NCBI GenBank assembly: GCA_948442695.1
Contig: CAOJSF010000001.1
Span: 2,146-66,145 of the forward strand
Direction of reading: 5' to 3'
DNA length: 64,000 bases
From: an uncultured Clostridia bacterium
GTDB taxonomy: Bacteria > Bacillota > Clostridia > Christensenellales > UBA1242
Part shown: positions 33,533 to 45,200 of the stretch, piece after piece
How positions within the stretch are numbered: the stretch's first letter is position 1
How the letters are laid out: every line of letters begins with the position of its first letter
Made by a program: the position numbers and the translations under genes
Notes under the pieces: model-generated
What the model was told of the DNA's origin: nothing
Databases searched by the model: none
Seen by the model: the letters and a program-made list of their open reading frames with translations, nothing else

Positions 33533-34894
33533 ATGCTGAGTAATCTTAAATCATTTTATATCATAGGAATAGGCGGAATAAGTATGTCCGCAATAGCACA
33601 AATTTTAAAAAATCAGGGCTATGAAATTTATGGGGCTGATGCGGTCAAGTCAGAAATGACAGATTTTCTTAAATCAAAAAATATTGAGGTTTTAATAGGC
33701 AATGCGCCAAATTTTGTTGAAAAGTGTGATGCTGTTATAAAAACTGGTGCAATAAGTGAAGACAACTCTGATTTGGTTCTTGCCAGAAAACTTAACAAGC
33801 CTATTTTTTCTAGAGCGGAAATTTTAAGAGAAATCACAAAAAACTATAATCTTATTTCAGTCGCTGGCACTCATGGAAAAACTACTACAACAGGCATGAT
33901 TGCATCAATTTTGCTTCATGCTGGAATAGACCCAACCATTCACATAGGTGGAATCTTAAATAATATAAATTCAAATTTATATATAGGGAAAAGTAATGTT
34001 TTTGTCACAGAGGCTTGTGAGTACAAGGATAGTTTTCTTTATTTAAACAGCAATACTTCATTGATTTTAAATATTCAAGAGGATCATCTGGATTATTTTG
34101 AAAATTTGGATAAAATTTTTGTTTCCTTTAATAAGTTTATAGAAAACACCTCAAAAGACGGAAACATAATATATAATTTTGATGATTATGACAATCGTTT
34201 AATTTTGCCAGAGAATGCTATTTCTTTTGGAATTAAAGATGGCTCTATTGTTCAGGCAAAGAATATAGAAGAATATGAAAATGGAAAATATAGTTTTGAT
34301 TTATTTTTTAAAGGTGAATTTCAGCAAAGGATTGATTTGCCATGCTTAGGCAAACATAATATTTACAACGCCTTAGCAAGTTCTGCCTGTGCTTTGTCAA
34401 TGGAAATAGATTCAATCAAAATAAAAGAGGGGATTGCCAAATTTAAAGGTATCAAAAGAAGAAACGAAATAATTTATGACAATGGTCGTAATTTGATAAT
34501 TCATGACTATGCTCATCATCCATCTGAAATTAAGGCTTCTATCAAGGCTTTAAGAGAAGTTTGCAAAAGTGGAAAACTTATAGTAATTTTTCAGCCACAT
34601 ACATTTACTAGGACAAAGGCGTTGTTTGATGAATTTTTGACCTGCTTTAATGAGTGTGATGAGGTTTGGTTTTTGCCTATTTATCCGGCAAGAGAAAAAC
34701 CTATTGAGGGGATAACTTCAGAGTTTTTATCGCTAAAAATCAATGAAAATGGTAAAAAAAGTCAATATTTTTGTGATTTTGAGTCTTGTAAGCAGGAAAT
34801 ATTAAATAATATGGATTCAACTGATGTCTTTGCCATTCTGGGAGCGGGCGATATTGAATTGCTTGCATATAGTTTTAAAGAACTTGTTTTTTAA
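33533..34894 (+). CDS. murC: UDP-N-acetylmuramate--L-alanine ligase
   Basis: GIGGISMSAIA, GTHGKTTTT, EACEY, DYAHHPSEI, FQPHTFTRT. Confidence 0.97.
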   Translation: MLSNLKSFYIIGIGGISMSAIAQILKNQGYEIYGADAVKSEMTDFLKSKNIEVLIGNAPNFVEKCDAVIKTGAISEDNSDLVLARKLNKPIFSRAEILREITKNYNLISVAGTHGKTTTTGMIASILLHAGIDPTIHIGGILNNINSNLYIGKSNVFVTEACEYKDSFLYLNSNTSLILNIQEDHLDYFENLDKIFVSFNKFIENTSKDGNIIYNFDDYDNRLILPENAISFGIKDGSIVQAKNIEEYENGKYSFDLFFKGEFQQRIDLPCLGKHNIYNALASSACALSMEIDSIKIKEGIAKFKGIKRRNEIIYDNGRNLIIHDYAHHPSEIKASIKALREVCKSGKLIVIFQPHTFTRTKALFDEFLTCFNECDEVWFLPIYPAREKPIEGITSEFLSLKINENGKKSQYFCDFESCKQEILNNMDSTDVFAILGAGDIELLAYSFKELVF

Positions 34895-35168
34895 GACGAT
34901 TTTAGGGATAAAGATTTTAATAAATTTGTTAATATTTTTGAAAGAAGAAAGTTTATAACAAGTAATTTTTGTGTTATAAATTTTTTTTATCTTATCAAAA
35001 AACTAGTCAAGCATACTAAAAAATTATAAATTAAAGTATAATTTGTAATGTGATTGAAAAACTTTATTTATTTAATTAAATAAAAATTTAAAAAATAGAA
35101 CAAAGTTTAGAGTTTGCGTGCGCTAATAGATATGAAATTTATTTTTTTGTGTTATAATTTATATATAC

Positions 35169-36383
35169 ATGGAGGAAATGCTGGATATTTCAAAAATGAT
35201 AAAAAAGATAAGATTAGATAATCACATTACACAGGAAGAACTTGCAAAAAAATTTTTCGTCACACCAAAGACTATCAGTAATTATGAAAACGGGAAGCGT
35301 ATGTCTGACCTTGATTTTATTTTAAACTTTTGCAAGATTTTTAATATCTCATTTGATTATTTCATGAATAATAAGGACATTCAGGAAAGTAAGAGTGAAG
35401 ATTTGATATTGTCTGAAAAAAATGGAAAACTTGCAATTTATGATAAAAAGCAAAGTGTATATCTCACGCCACATATTTATAACGAATAAAATTATCTTCG
35501 TCAGGAGTGCATGTGGTTTGTAAATGTAGACCTAAAGAAGTAAAAGACTGTAATATAGTTTTTATAAATGATGGCAAAACAGAAAAAACTGCTAGTTTGC
35601 CTTACATATATTACACCGCTTTAGTTGACAACTGGGGACATATAAGAGAATTTGAAAACATAATGTTTGGTGCGGGATTTAGGGCTGAAGCATTTAATAG
35701 ATATAAGACGTGCATTGCAACTGATAAAAAGACAAATATGTTGTTTATATCTGACAGCAATGGAAATATGTTGACGCAAAGAATTTATAAATATACATCC
35801 TATTGATTTCATAAATGATATTGGGTTATATACGGCTTTTGATAAGATTTGAAAAGAAGATGAAGAACCTTTAGAAGGAATGGTGACGAATAAAAATAAA
35901 GATATATTATTCTATGATGGGACAAACACAGGTCTAAAATTAACAGAAGAAATGTTTTTGGAAGGTTTAGATATTTATAATTATGAAGAAGAGTTGGGTA
36001 ATTTACTAGAGAAATATGGACCAAATGTTTTAGGATGTTTTTTATTCTCGTGTAATTCATTCTCAGTTTATCTGATTCCATACTTTGTTGAGAGGTGTTT
36101 TAGGTATGCTGAAAAATTTAATAGCAAAGAAGAAATTATAGATGTTGCAAATTACATCTTAAATTTACTGCAACATAAGGCAGAGACTAATCATCTTTAT
36201 AATTATAAAACATTTGAAGAATATAAATATACTCGTGATCAATTATATTTCCCTGATAAAAGTGCATTTGGTGAAAATTTTAGTTTTATAGATTATGATT
36301 TGTTTTTTGATAAGTTTATAAAATTTTATGAAAAGTTGAATATATATATAAAAAAACACCTAATTATTCAACAGAGAAAATAA
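35169..36383 (+). pseudogene. Disrupted XRE-HTH regulator with a long C-terminal domain (three fragments)
   Basis: HTH TQEELAKKFFVTPKTISNYENG; single-base frameshifts near 35487 and 35780 plus an in-frame TGA at 35850 join ORFs 35169, 35507 and 35880. Confidence 0.65.
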
Positions 36384-36532
36384 AAGATAAATAATTTAAA
36401 ACTTGAATTTATAATATTCTAATAAAAAATAAAAATTTAAAGTTTGAAAAAGATAAAGATGAAAGTTGCGAAATTGACTGAATTTGAGTTTGCTAAGTTT
36501 GAAAAATTTGATATAATAAAAAATGGAGAATT

Positions 36533-37249
36533 ATGGAAAATAATAAAATTGTAAAAGAAAAGTTAAATGAAATAGAAATGAGTGGAAATTATTTTAGATA
36601 TGCTTCTGCTATTTCTGGAGATAGTGAGTAGGGATATATCTTTTATAAATCCTTTGAGAACTGTCTTTTTATTGAAGATGAAAAATTTAATAAATCAGGT
36701 AGAAGACACAATAACTTGAGATTTGATTTCAATAATTATTTAAATATGTTTGCTCATGCTTGCTCTAGTGTGAAAAACAGTCCACCAGTAGTGCTTTTAA
36801 ATGGAAGTGAAGAAGATAATTCTGCATTGAAGTCTAAATTGAGAAAATATAAAATTATTGAAAATTAGAACAATATAGAAGAAATTAATAATAATTCTGC
36901 ACTTTTTTGCAAAAATGATGGAGATTATGATAAATTTTTATCAAAACTATTTGAAAGTAGAAGCGATAAAATTTTAGATAATCATTTATTTCTTTTAATA
37001 AATAGACCTGAAGAAATTGAAATGAGAAAGTTGGCAAACTTTGTAATGACTTCTTTATCAAGAAAAATCCATATAATTGTTTTAACTGCAAATAAGGACA
37101 AGTTTATTGATAAATATTCTGCAGAAGATTTTGAATCGATTTCTGCATGGTGTAAATTGCATTTCTATTTTGCAAACGATGGTTTGGCAGAAATTGTCGG
37201 CAGTCAATACGGAAATAAAGAAAAAATTTATTCTGCATTGAACAAATAA
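36533..37249 (+). pseudogene. Degraded hypothetical gene
   Basis: GGAG RBS and ATG 36533, coding-like sequence broken by several stops; 3' fragment is ORF 37022-37249. Confidence 0.45.
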
Positions 37250-37454
37250 ACGGATAGGTTGTATAAATTTTAAAATTAAAAAAATCTTCGCAAATACAAA
37301 AAAATAAGCAAAATCAAGGTTTTTTAATAAATTTAAGAAAAAATGTTGAAAATATTTGAATTTTCTTAAATTATTAGATAATAATGAAAATTTATCCTTG
37401 TTTAATAAAATATGAATGCGATTTAAATTCGAGACTTTATAAAGGATTTAGGAA

Positions 37455-39480
37455 ATGGATATTATAGAAGATATACAAAAATATTGTGCTTCTAAGTGCA
37501 AGTCAAATAAAAGTGAAGAATGGGAAAAGGGTGCAGTTGAGTATATTCAAACTCTTGATTTTAAAAATATTGACGCAAGAAAGTCTGCAGAGGAGTATAT
37601 ACAATACATTTTGGCAGACTATTTTGCTTTAAATAAAGAGATTACAACTTTGCAAGCAAAGGTTATGCACGCTCTCATTACTAAAATGACTTTGGATAAA
37701 TTAGGCTTAAATAATATAAAAATAAATTATGAAAACAGAAAAGAGGGTAATTACGCCGAAGCATATTATAGACCTAATGACGATTCATTACATTTTTTCA
37801 ATCAAAATGTTTGCAATCCAGATTTATTCTTAAAACCTTATTCAGATAAAGTTGATTTAAGTGAAAAATCACGGTTGGGTTTCTTTGCAAAACAGATTTT
37901 TGTAATAAATCATGAGATTCAACACGCTGTTCAGTGGAAGATGTTGAAAGATGAATCTATTGATAAAAATAACATTTCAAGTGAAAACTTAATTATAAGC
38001 AAGCAGGGCATTGCAAGAACTTTAGTAAGACAGTATGGGACTAAGTATTTTAAAAATGGTTTAGATCCTGAAAGATTATATAAAGAAAATCATGATAAAT
38101 TTTATTATGAAATTGAAGCGGATATGTTTGGCTTTGATAGAACTTTGCAACTTTTAGTCAGAGTATCGCAAAAATTTTATAATCTTGTCAAAGGTGCTAA
38201 TTATAATTATCTTGAAAAATTTAACAATCGAAAGAATCAACTTGAGAATTATTCTTTTGTAATGTGGAAACATGATACAAATCCTAATAATATGGAAGTG
38301 AGTGCAAATCATAAAGCATCGCTTATCATTGATACTGTTTTGCCGAATTAAAAAAATGCAGATAGAAAAATGTTGTTTTCTTCTTATCCTGCTTTGTCAA
38401 TCAATTATCATGAGGATGGAAGCAAAAAAAGACGCTTGAAGAAATTGAAAGAGAAAAGGATGAAAAAATCAAGGAGTTTTTACATCTACGCCAGATAAAA
38501 ATGTCAATGTGACTGCAATGCGTGTGTCAAAATTATATGACTCGGCTATTGAAAGTGATCCGCTTTTAAGTTTTGAAAAATGTATGAGACATATTGCTCG
38601 TCTGTCATGGTATGAAGATAGGTATTTTACAAATGGTGGACTTGAAGTAAAATATTCGCCAAAAGAAATCAGATAAGAACTTAAGTTTTCTATAGAAAAA
38701 GCCTCAACAATAGCATCTGTTATGGAAGAGGTCAACTCGATGGAGATTGAAAAAATATTTGAAAAATACAAACGAGAAATTTTGCAGAGCAAAAAGACAG
38801 ACCCTTCAAGCATAAGATTTTTTCATGACAAAATGAATGGCATTTATGATATTTCAAATAAGTTTCATGCAAACAAAGAAGTGCAAGAAACCATAAAACA
38901 AAATGAAGAGATTGTAAGAAGAAAAAATCTTCAACAAAAAATGGAGCATGATAAAGCAGTTGAGATATTGAAAAATGTGTTTCCTAAGTTTACGCCTAAG
39001 CCACAAACTTATATTTTGGCAAAGGATGAAATGATAAATAATATTTCAGAACTTATGATGTTGGAAGATGCTTATAGACATTATCTCCGCTTGATGTCAA
39101 TGAAAAAGTTGAGTCGAATTGATATGCAAAAAGATGACTTTGTGCCTGGGCATTTGCTTCTTGCGTCAATTAGAAAATTATATCCTTTCCAGCCATCAGA
39201 AGAGGAGAGAAAAGAGTATAAAGAAGCGGTGCAAAAAGGTCAGGTTGAAATAATTTCTAATAAATATGAAAATGAAATATGTCAGAAAAAACAGGTTGTT
39301 TATTCTGGCGAAGAAATAATTGACGAAAATTTAAAAAACAGAGATACTATGCTCAAACAGGAAAACCTTGATAATAAAGATGAGAAATTGAATAATAGTT
39401 CTGATAAAGAATTGCAAAAAGATGAACAAGATTTGCAAGAGCAGGAACATAAATTTGAAGGGTTTGGAATGAGTAGATAG
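37455..39480 (+). pseudogene. Disrupted large HExxH (zincin-like) protein
   Basis: HEIQH...EIEAD in the 5' fragment; premature TAA at 38349 and ~38674 with frameshifts near 38430-38470; coding-like sequence links to ORF 38722-39480. Confidence 0.7.
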
Positions 39481-39584
39481 GTTTTTTGATTAAATTTCCA
39501 AGAATATGATAAGCACATTATTAACATAAAAAGATATAGAAACTTTAATAAGGATTAAAAATATTATAAATTTAGGGAAATGAT

Positions 39585-40301
39585 ATGAGAAATGTTTTAA
39601 TTATCGGTGCAGGAGATGGCGTTGGAAGGGCAACGGCTGAGATATTAAAAAATGAAAACCTTTTGCTTGTTGATAATGTTGAAAACAATTTAAAGGAAGT
39701 TGCAGGTGAGACGACGGCAAAATATTTTGTTTGTGATATCGCATCGGCCGAAGAACTTACGCATTTGAAGACATTTATAGAAGAAAACTTTTCTGGTTTA
39801 GACACCATTATTAATTGTGCTGGTATTTGGACAAAAGGAGAACTATCTCAACTTAGTCAAGAGCATTTTGCGAAGATAAATTCTCTTGAAAGAATTAAGA
39901 ATGTCATTGATACAAATACATTTGGGACGATTGCGATTGTGACTATGCTTTCTCAAATTTTAATCAAAAATGGAAAGGGTCAAATAATAAATGTAAACTC
40001 TCAAAGTGGAGTTGAAACAGAGTCTTTTTGCCCTGTCTACAATGCTTCCAAACATGGCAGTTATTATTATCGCAAGGCTATACAAAATGACCTGGCGAGA
40101 CACAACATAAAGATAACAGATGTTTGTCCTGGACTGATAAAGACAAACTTTTACATTTCTGCTGAGGATGAATTGCCTGATTCAATTATGCAGTTGGGAC
40201 TTGAAGTGGAGGATGTGGCAAAAACAATAAAGTTTGTATTTGATTTGCCTCATGAGATAACAATTCCTAGCATTGAAGTGAGAAATATAAAAAATGATTA
40301 A
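39585..40301 (+). CDS. Short-chain dehydrogenase/reductase
   Basis: GAGDGVG, INCAG, NS, YNASK catalytic motif, CPGLIKT. Confidence 0.92.
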   Translation: MRNVLIIGAGDGVGRATAEILKNENLLLVDNVENNLKEVAGETTAKYFVCDIASAEELTHLKTFIEENFSGLDTIINCAGIWTKGELSQLSQEHFAKINSLERIKNVIDTNTFGTIAIVTMLSQILIKNGKGQIINVNSQSGVETESFCPVYNASKHGSYYYRKAIQNDLARHNIKITDVCPGLIKTNFYISAEDELPDSIMQLGLEVEDVAKTIKFVFDLPHEITIPSIEVRNIKND

Positions 40302-40484
40302 AAAACCTTATTTATAAAATAAGGTTTTTTATTAAAATCAATTAAAGCCATTTCTTTAAATTGAAAGTTTATTTTTAAATATTTTTTATAAAATTATTCT
40401 TATATTATCTTGTCTTTATTTTATTAATTTTATTGTTTTTCTTAAAAATTTTGTGATTTTTTTTAAAAAAACAGGAAAAAACTA

Positions 40485-41864
40485 TTAAAAAAGTTGATTT
40501 TTATCATTTTCACATATAAAATTGTTATAATTTTGACAATTTGCAAGTTCACGATAGGATGTGTTGATAGGTTGATTTAGTTTGAGTGCATCTTTAAATT
40601 TATTATATAATTTGATATCTTTTTTGTCCATTTCAATAAAAATTCCTAAGCCTTCAACTTCATCAATTTTTATCTCTTTTCCATTTAAGATGTATAAAGT
40701 TCTTGTTTTGGTAATGGTGTCTGATACCGAAAAACCAGCAATATTAAAACTTGACAGCATATTTTCTGTTTGTCTGCATTTAAGAGAGAAAGATTGAAGG
40801 TCATAACTCTCAGTTTGTCTTGAGTAGGTGCTTTCATTGAATTTAAAGGTAAGGCTTGAAATCACTCCATCAGTCTCCCTTAATGAAATTGAGTGATTGT
40901 GATTTTTATTTTTGTCTACTAAAAAATAATCTTTTTGAATCATTGTTTTACTTTTGGTTGCGCCTAATGATTTTAAAGCATTATGAATATTATTGTCGCT
41001 TTCAAATTTGACCTGCATTGTGGTAGATTTATTTTTTACCTCATTTTCTGTGAGCGTTGTATTTAAGATATATTTTGCTTTTTCTATGGTTGGCAAAATG
41101 TATTCACCATAGGCTGGCATTATGATATCTAGAAATGACATTAAAATCATCTCCTGGGAAAGTTTGCTTCTTTTTTCTAAAATATCTCTATGAAGTCTTC
41201 TTGATAAAAGGGTGGCTGGGTCACAATTTATTGCTGAGGTCGTATATGGCAAATTTTGCAGTTGAGACAAAAGTTCTTCTCTCAGAGCATATAGACCTTC
41301 AACTATTAAAATATCATATTCAGAACCATCTATCTTGTTAAACTTGTCAATTTCACTGCTATGGAAACTGTATTGTGGAAGATTTACATTTTCTTTGTTG
41401 AGTATGGCTTTTATCTGATTTGCAAGCAGGTCAAAGTCAATAGCAAAAGGTTCATCAAAATTCATGTTTTCAAGTTGAAATTTGACTTCTTTAATAAAAC
41501 CTTCTTGCTCATCGGAATTTATATATTGTGAAATTGCATTTTTGAATAATACAATTTGATTGCCGGTAAGTTTGTCTTGCAAAGGGTAGTTTAAAGAGAT
41601 TTCTTTAAGAATATCTGAGAGTTTATCAGAAATTTTTTTATATTTGTCAAAACTTTCTTTTTGGCACGCCTTTTCGACAGCGATTTTTGCAACACCTTTA
41701 TAATAATTATCTGCTGATATTAATAGGACTCGATTGTTTTTTGAAAGGTGTTTTGCGAGGATTTCGCTGTTATAACTTTTTCCAGAACTGCTTGCACCTG
41801 CAATTAAAATTAATTTTTTGCCATTGTTGACCTCACTTTCTAAAGATTTTATCCATTTTTCCAT
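40485..41864 (-). CDS. Uridine-kinase-like P-loop domain fused to a C-terminal CYTH domain
   Basis: AGASSSGKS, DNYY, NFDEPFAIDF, IVEGLYAL, RRLHRD; then QKDYF, LRE, LTFK, KTRTLY, IDEVEGLGIFIE. Confidence 0.82.
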   Translation of the reverse strand: MEKWIKSLESEVNNGKKLILIAGASSSGKSYNSEILAKHLSKNNRVLLISADNYYKGVAKIAVEKACQKESFDKYKKISDKLSDILKEISLNYPLQDKLTGNQIVLFKNAISQYINSDEQEGFIKEVKFQLENMNFDEPFAIDFDLLANQIKAILNKENVNLPQYSFHSSEIDKFNKIDGSEYDILIVEGLYALREELLSQLQNLPYTTSAINCDPATLLSRRLHRDILEKRSKLSQEMILMSFLDIIMPAYGEYILPTIEKAKYILNTTLTENEVKNKSTTMQVKFESDNNIHNALKSLGATKSKTMIQKDYFLVDKNKNHNHSISLRETDGVISSLTFKFNESTYSRQTESYDLQSFSLKCRQTENMLSSFNIAGFSVSDTITKTRTLYILNGKEIKIDEVEGLGIFIEMDKKDIKLYNKFKDALKLNQPINTSYRELANCQNYNNFICENDKNQLF

Positions 41865-42160
41865 TTAACACCTCTTGAAATATAATTAATAATAATCTAA
41901 ATTTTTTGCATTGTCAAGTGGGCACTTTTGTTTTCATTTTAAATTATTCATTTTTCATTTTTAATATTAAAAAATATCTTAAATGTTATGATTTTAACAA
42001 ATTCTTCTATTTTAAATTAAGAATTTTGTCGAATGAGTTTTTTGTTTTAAGATTTATGTTATAATTAAAAAGTATTATGGTAGTGAATAAGATTATGTTT
42101 ATTTAAATCCTTTTTGACATTTATTTCAAAAGAAGACATAACATTTGTTCTTATGTAGTC

Positions 42161-42252
42161 AAAAAAAAGAGAAAACATATGTTTTCTCTTTAATCCCCAC
42201 CGATGTAGGTTTGATAGGAATACATTTATTTGAACTCGTTATGTTATTCCAT
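42161..42252 (-). ncRNA. tracrRNA
   Basis: Minus-strand GAATAACATAAC-GAGT-TCAAAT (42228-42249) pairs with the repeat 5' end GTTTGA-GA-GTTATGTTATTC with the typical bulge; ends in AAGAGAAAAC/GTTTTCTCTT plus U tract; own TTGACT-17-TATATT promoter. Confidence 0.88.
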
Positions 42253-42290
42253 AATTAATATATCAAATTTTTACAAAGGAGTCAAGTAAA

Positions 42291-45200
42291 ATGGCAAAAT
42301 ATTTTTTAGGATTAGATATCGGAACAAATAGTTGTGGTTGGGCTGTAACAGATGAAGAATATAATTTGATTCGTCGCAAGGGAAAAGACTTATGGGGAGT
42401 GAGACTTTTTGAAGGGGCAGTCACTGCAGAGGAAAGAAGACAAAACAGAACAAACAGGCGTCGTTTAGATAGAAAAAAGTTGGAGTTGTCATGGGCGAGA
42501 GATGTTTTTGCTGAGGAGATAGCAAAAGTTGACAAGGACTTTCTCACGCGTATGAAATATAGCAATTTGTGGGCAGAAGATAAAATTAAAATGTCGAATT
42601 CTTTAAAAAGTAAGGATTCACTTTTTCATGGGCAGGTTGATGGGAGAGATTATACTGACAAAGATTATTATATTGATTATCCAACAATATATCATTTGAG
42701 GAAAGAATTGACTCAAGAGCCAGCAAAAGACATAAGACTTTTATATCTTGCGGTGCATAATATTATAAAACATCGTGGTCACTTTTTGTATGGAGGAAAC
42801 TTTGGTGATAATTCAAATTTGCTTGTTTCATTTAATGAGGCTTTGGATTGTTATAAAAAGATTATAGATCAGGAAGATTGTCTGCTTCATGTGAAAAAAC
42901 TTGAGGAAGGTGACATTGCTGAAATTTTAGATTGCATAAAAAGTAAAAGTGGGATGAGGCTTACCAAAGCAAAATTCAATGAAATCTTTGATGCAAAAAC
43001 GAAATCTCAAAAGATGCTTGTCAGTGCTTTTGTTGATGGAAAGATCAATTTGGAGCAATTGTTTGAAACCAAACTTGAAGAGGGTAAGTTGGATTTCAAT
43101 GACGAAGATATTGAAATCAAAATAAATGGTTTGGAAAATGTTTTGTCTGATGAGCAAGTGTCGCTTCTATATAAAATTCAAGAAATTTATTCTCTGCTTC
43201 AACTTAAATCAATTCTTGCAGACCATGAATATATCTGTGAGGCTATGGTTGAAAGTTTTGAAGAACATCATAGACAATTAGAACAATTCAAAAAATTTAT
43301 TAAAAAATATTATCAAAAAGAATATTTCAATATTTTCAGAAATCCACGAGATAAAGATTCTGATAAGAATGTTGGATATGCTCAATATGTCAATTGCAAT
43401 TTGACAAATGGAAGCAAGCAGGTGGTTGACTTAAATGTTTCAAATAGAAGCAAGGAAGAGTTTTATAAATATATTAAAAAAATTCTTTCATTTACGCCAA
43501 ATGATTGTCAAGATTTAGAGCAGTTTGAAAATGAGAGAAATTATTATCTATCGCTCATACAAGAGGATCGATTTTTGCCAAAACAAAGAACAAAATCAAA
43601 CAGTGTTTTTCCAAATAAACTTTATGAAAAAGAACTTAAACAGATTTTGCAAATAAGCGGAAAGAAGTTTGAATTTTTAAATGAGATTGATAAGACTTGT
43701 GGGCTTACAAATGCCCAAAAATTATTGCAAATCTTGACTTTCAGAGTGCCTTATTTTGTAGGTCCTATCGGTCAAAATTCAAATGGACAAAATCATGGTT
43801 GGGCAGAAAAAATAACAAATCTTGATTATAAACCATGGACTTTGAATAAAATTGTTGATTTTGATATGGCAGAAGATGCTTTCATCGGGAAAATGACAAA
43901 TAAATGCACATATTTAAAAGATAAAGATGTCCTTCCAAAAAATTCGATTATCTATTCTAAATATAGGGTTTTGAATGAACTTAATAAATTAAAAATCAAT
44001 GGAAATGATATCAGTGTTGAACTGAAACAGAATTTATTTAACGAACTTTTTTGCAATTTTGCAAAAGTTTCATCAAAAGATGTTAAAAAATTCTTAATAA
44101 AGGAAGGATTGTTTTCTGCAGACGAAATAAATGATATTCAATTAAGTGGAATTGATAGAGAATTTGCAAATAATTTTTCTTCATATTCTAAGTTGGCATC
44201 TAATAGTCTTTTTGGAAAAGATTTCATTGATGAACATTTGATTGAAATTGAAAAGATAATAAAATATCATACAGTTATTTCAGATAAAAACAGACTTGAT
44301 AAAAGATTGAGAAGAGAGTTTTCTGGCATATTTAATGAAGAGCAATTCAAGATTCTAAAAGGTCTGAACTTTAAAGACTGGGGCTCTTTATCTTATGAAT
44401 TTTTGTGTGGTTTAAAATTTGTAAATAGAGAAACTGGAGAAATTACGTCTATACTTGATGAGATGTGGAATACAAATCAAAACCTGCAACAAATCTTGAA
44501 CAATGGCAGTTATACTCTGTCAGAATGCCTGACCAAAAGCAATGAAAAGTCTCTTAAGAATCTTGTTTATCAAGATGTTGAAAACCTTTATTGTTCGCCA
44601 GCAGTCAAGCGTGGAATTTGGCAGTCTGTAAAACTCATTAGAGAAATAGTTGAAGTTATGGGTGAGATGCCAGAAAAGGTTTTTGTTGAGGTGACTCGTG
44701 AAGATGGTGAAAAGGGTGACTCTGGGCGAAAGAGTTCTAGAAAAGAAAAACTTGAAAAACTTTACAACTCAAAAGATTTCAAGAAAAATGTATTTATTTC
44801 TTCACAAGAAATTGCTCAGTTGTTGAAAGAACTAAATGATAAAGATGTCACAAGTTTAAGAAGTGAAAAACTATTTTTATACTTTTTACAATCCGGAAAA
44901 TGTATGTATAGTGGGCAAACCATTGATATAAATGATATTTATAATGATAATCTATATGATGTTGACCACATTATTCCTCAGTCTATCATTAAAGATGATA
45001 GTATTGATAATAAAGTTTTGGTAAAAAGACAACTTAACGCTCAAAAACTTGATACATATCCAGTGCCTTATGAATTTATATCAAAACAAAAGGGCTTCTG
45101 GAAAGTGCTTCTTGATAATGGTTTTATTTCTAAAGAAAAATATGATAGACTTGTCAGAACAAGTCCACTTACTGAAGATGATTTAGGACAATTTATTGCA

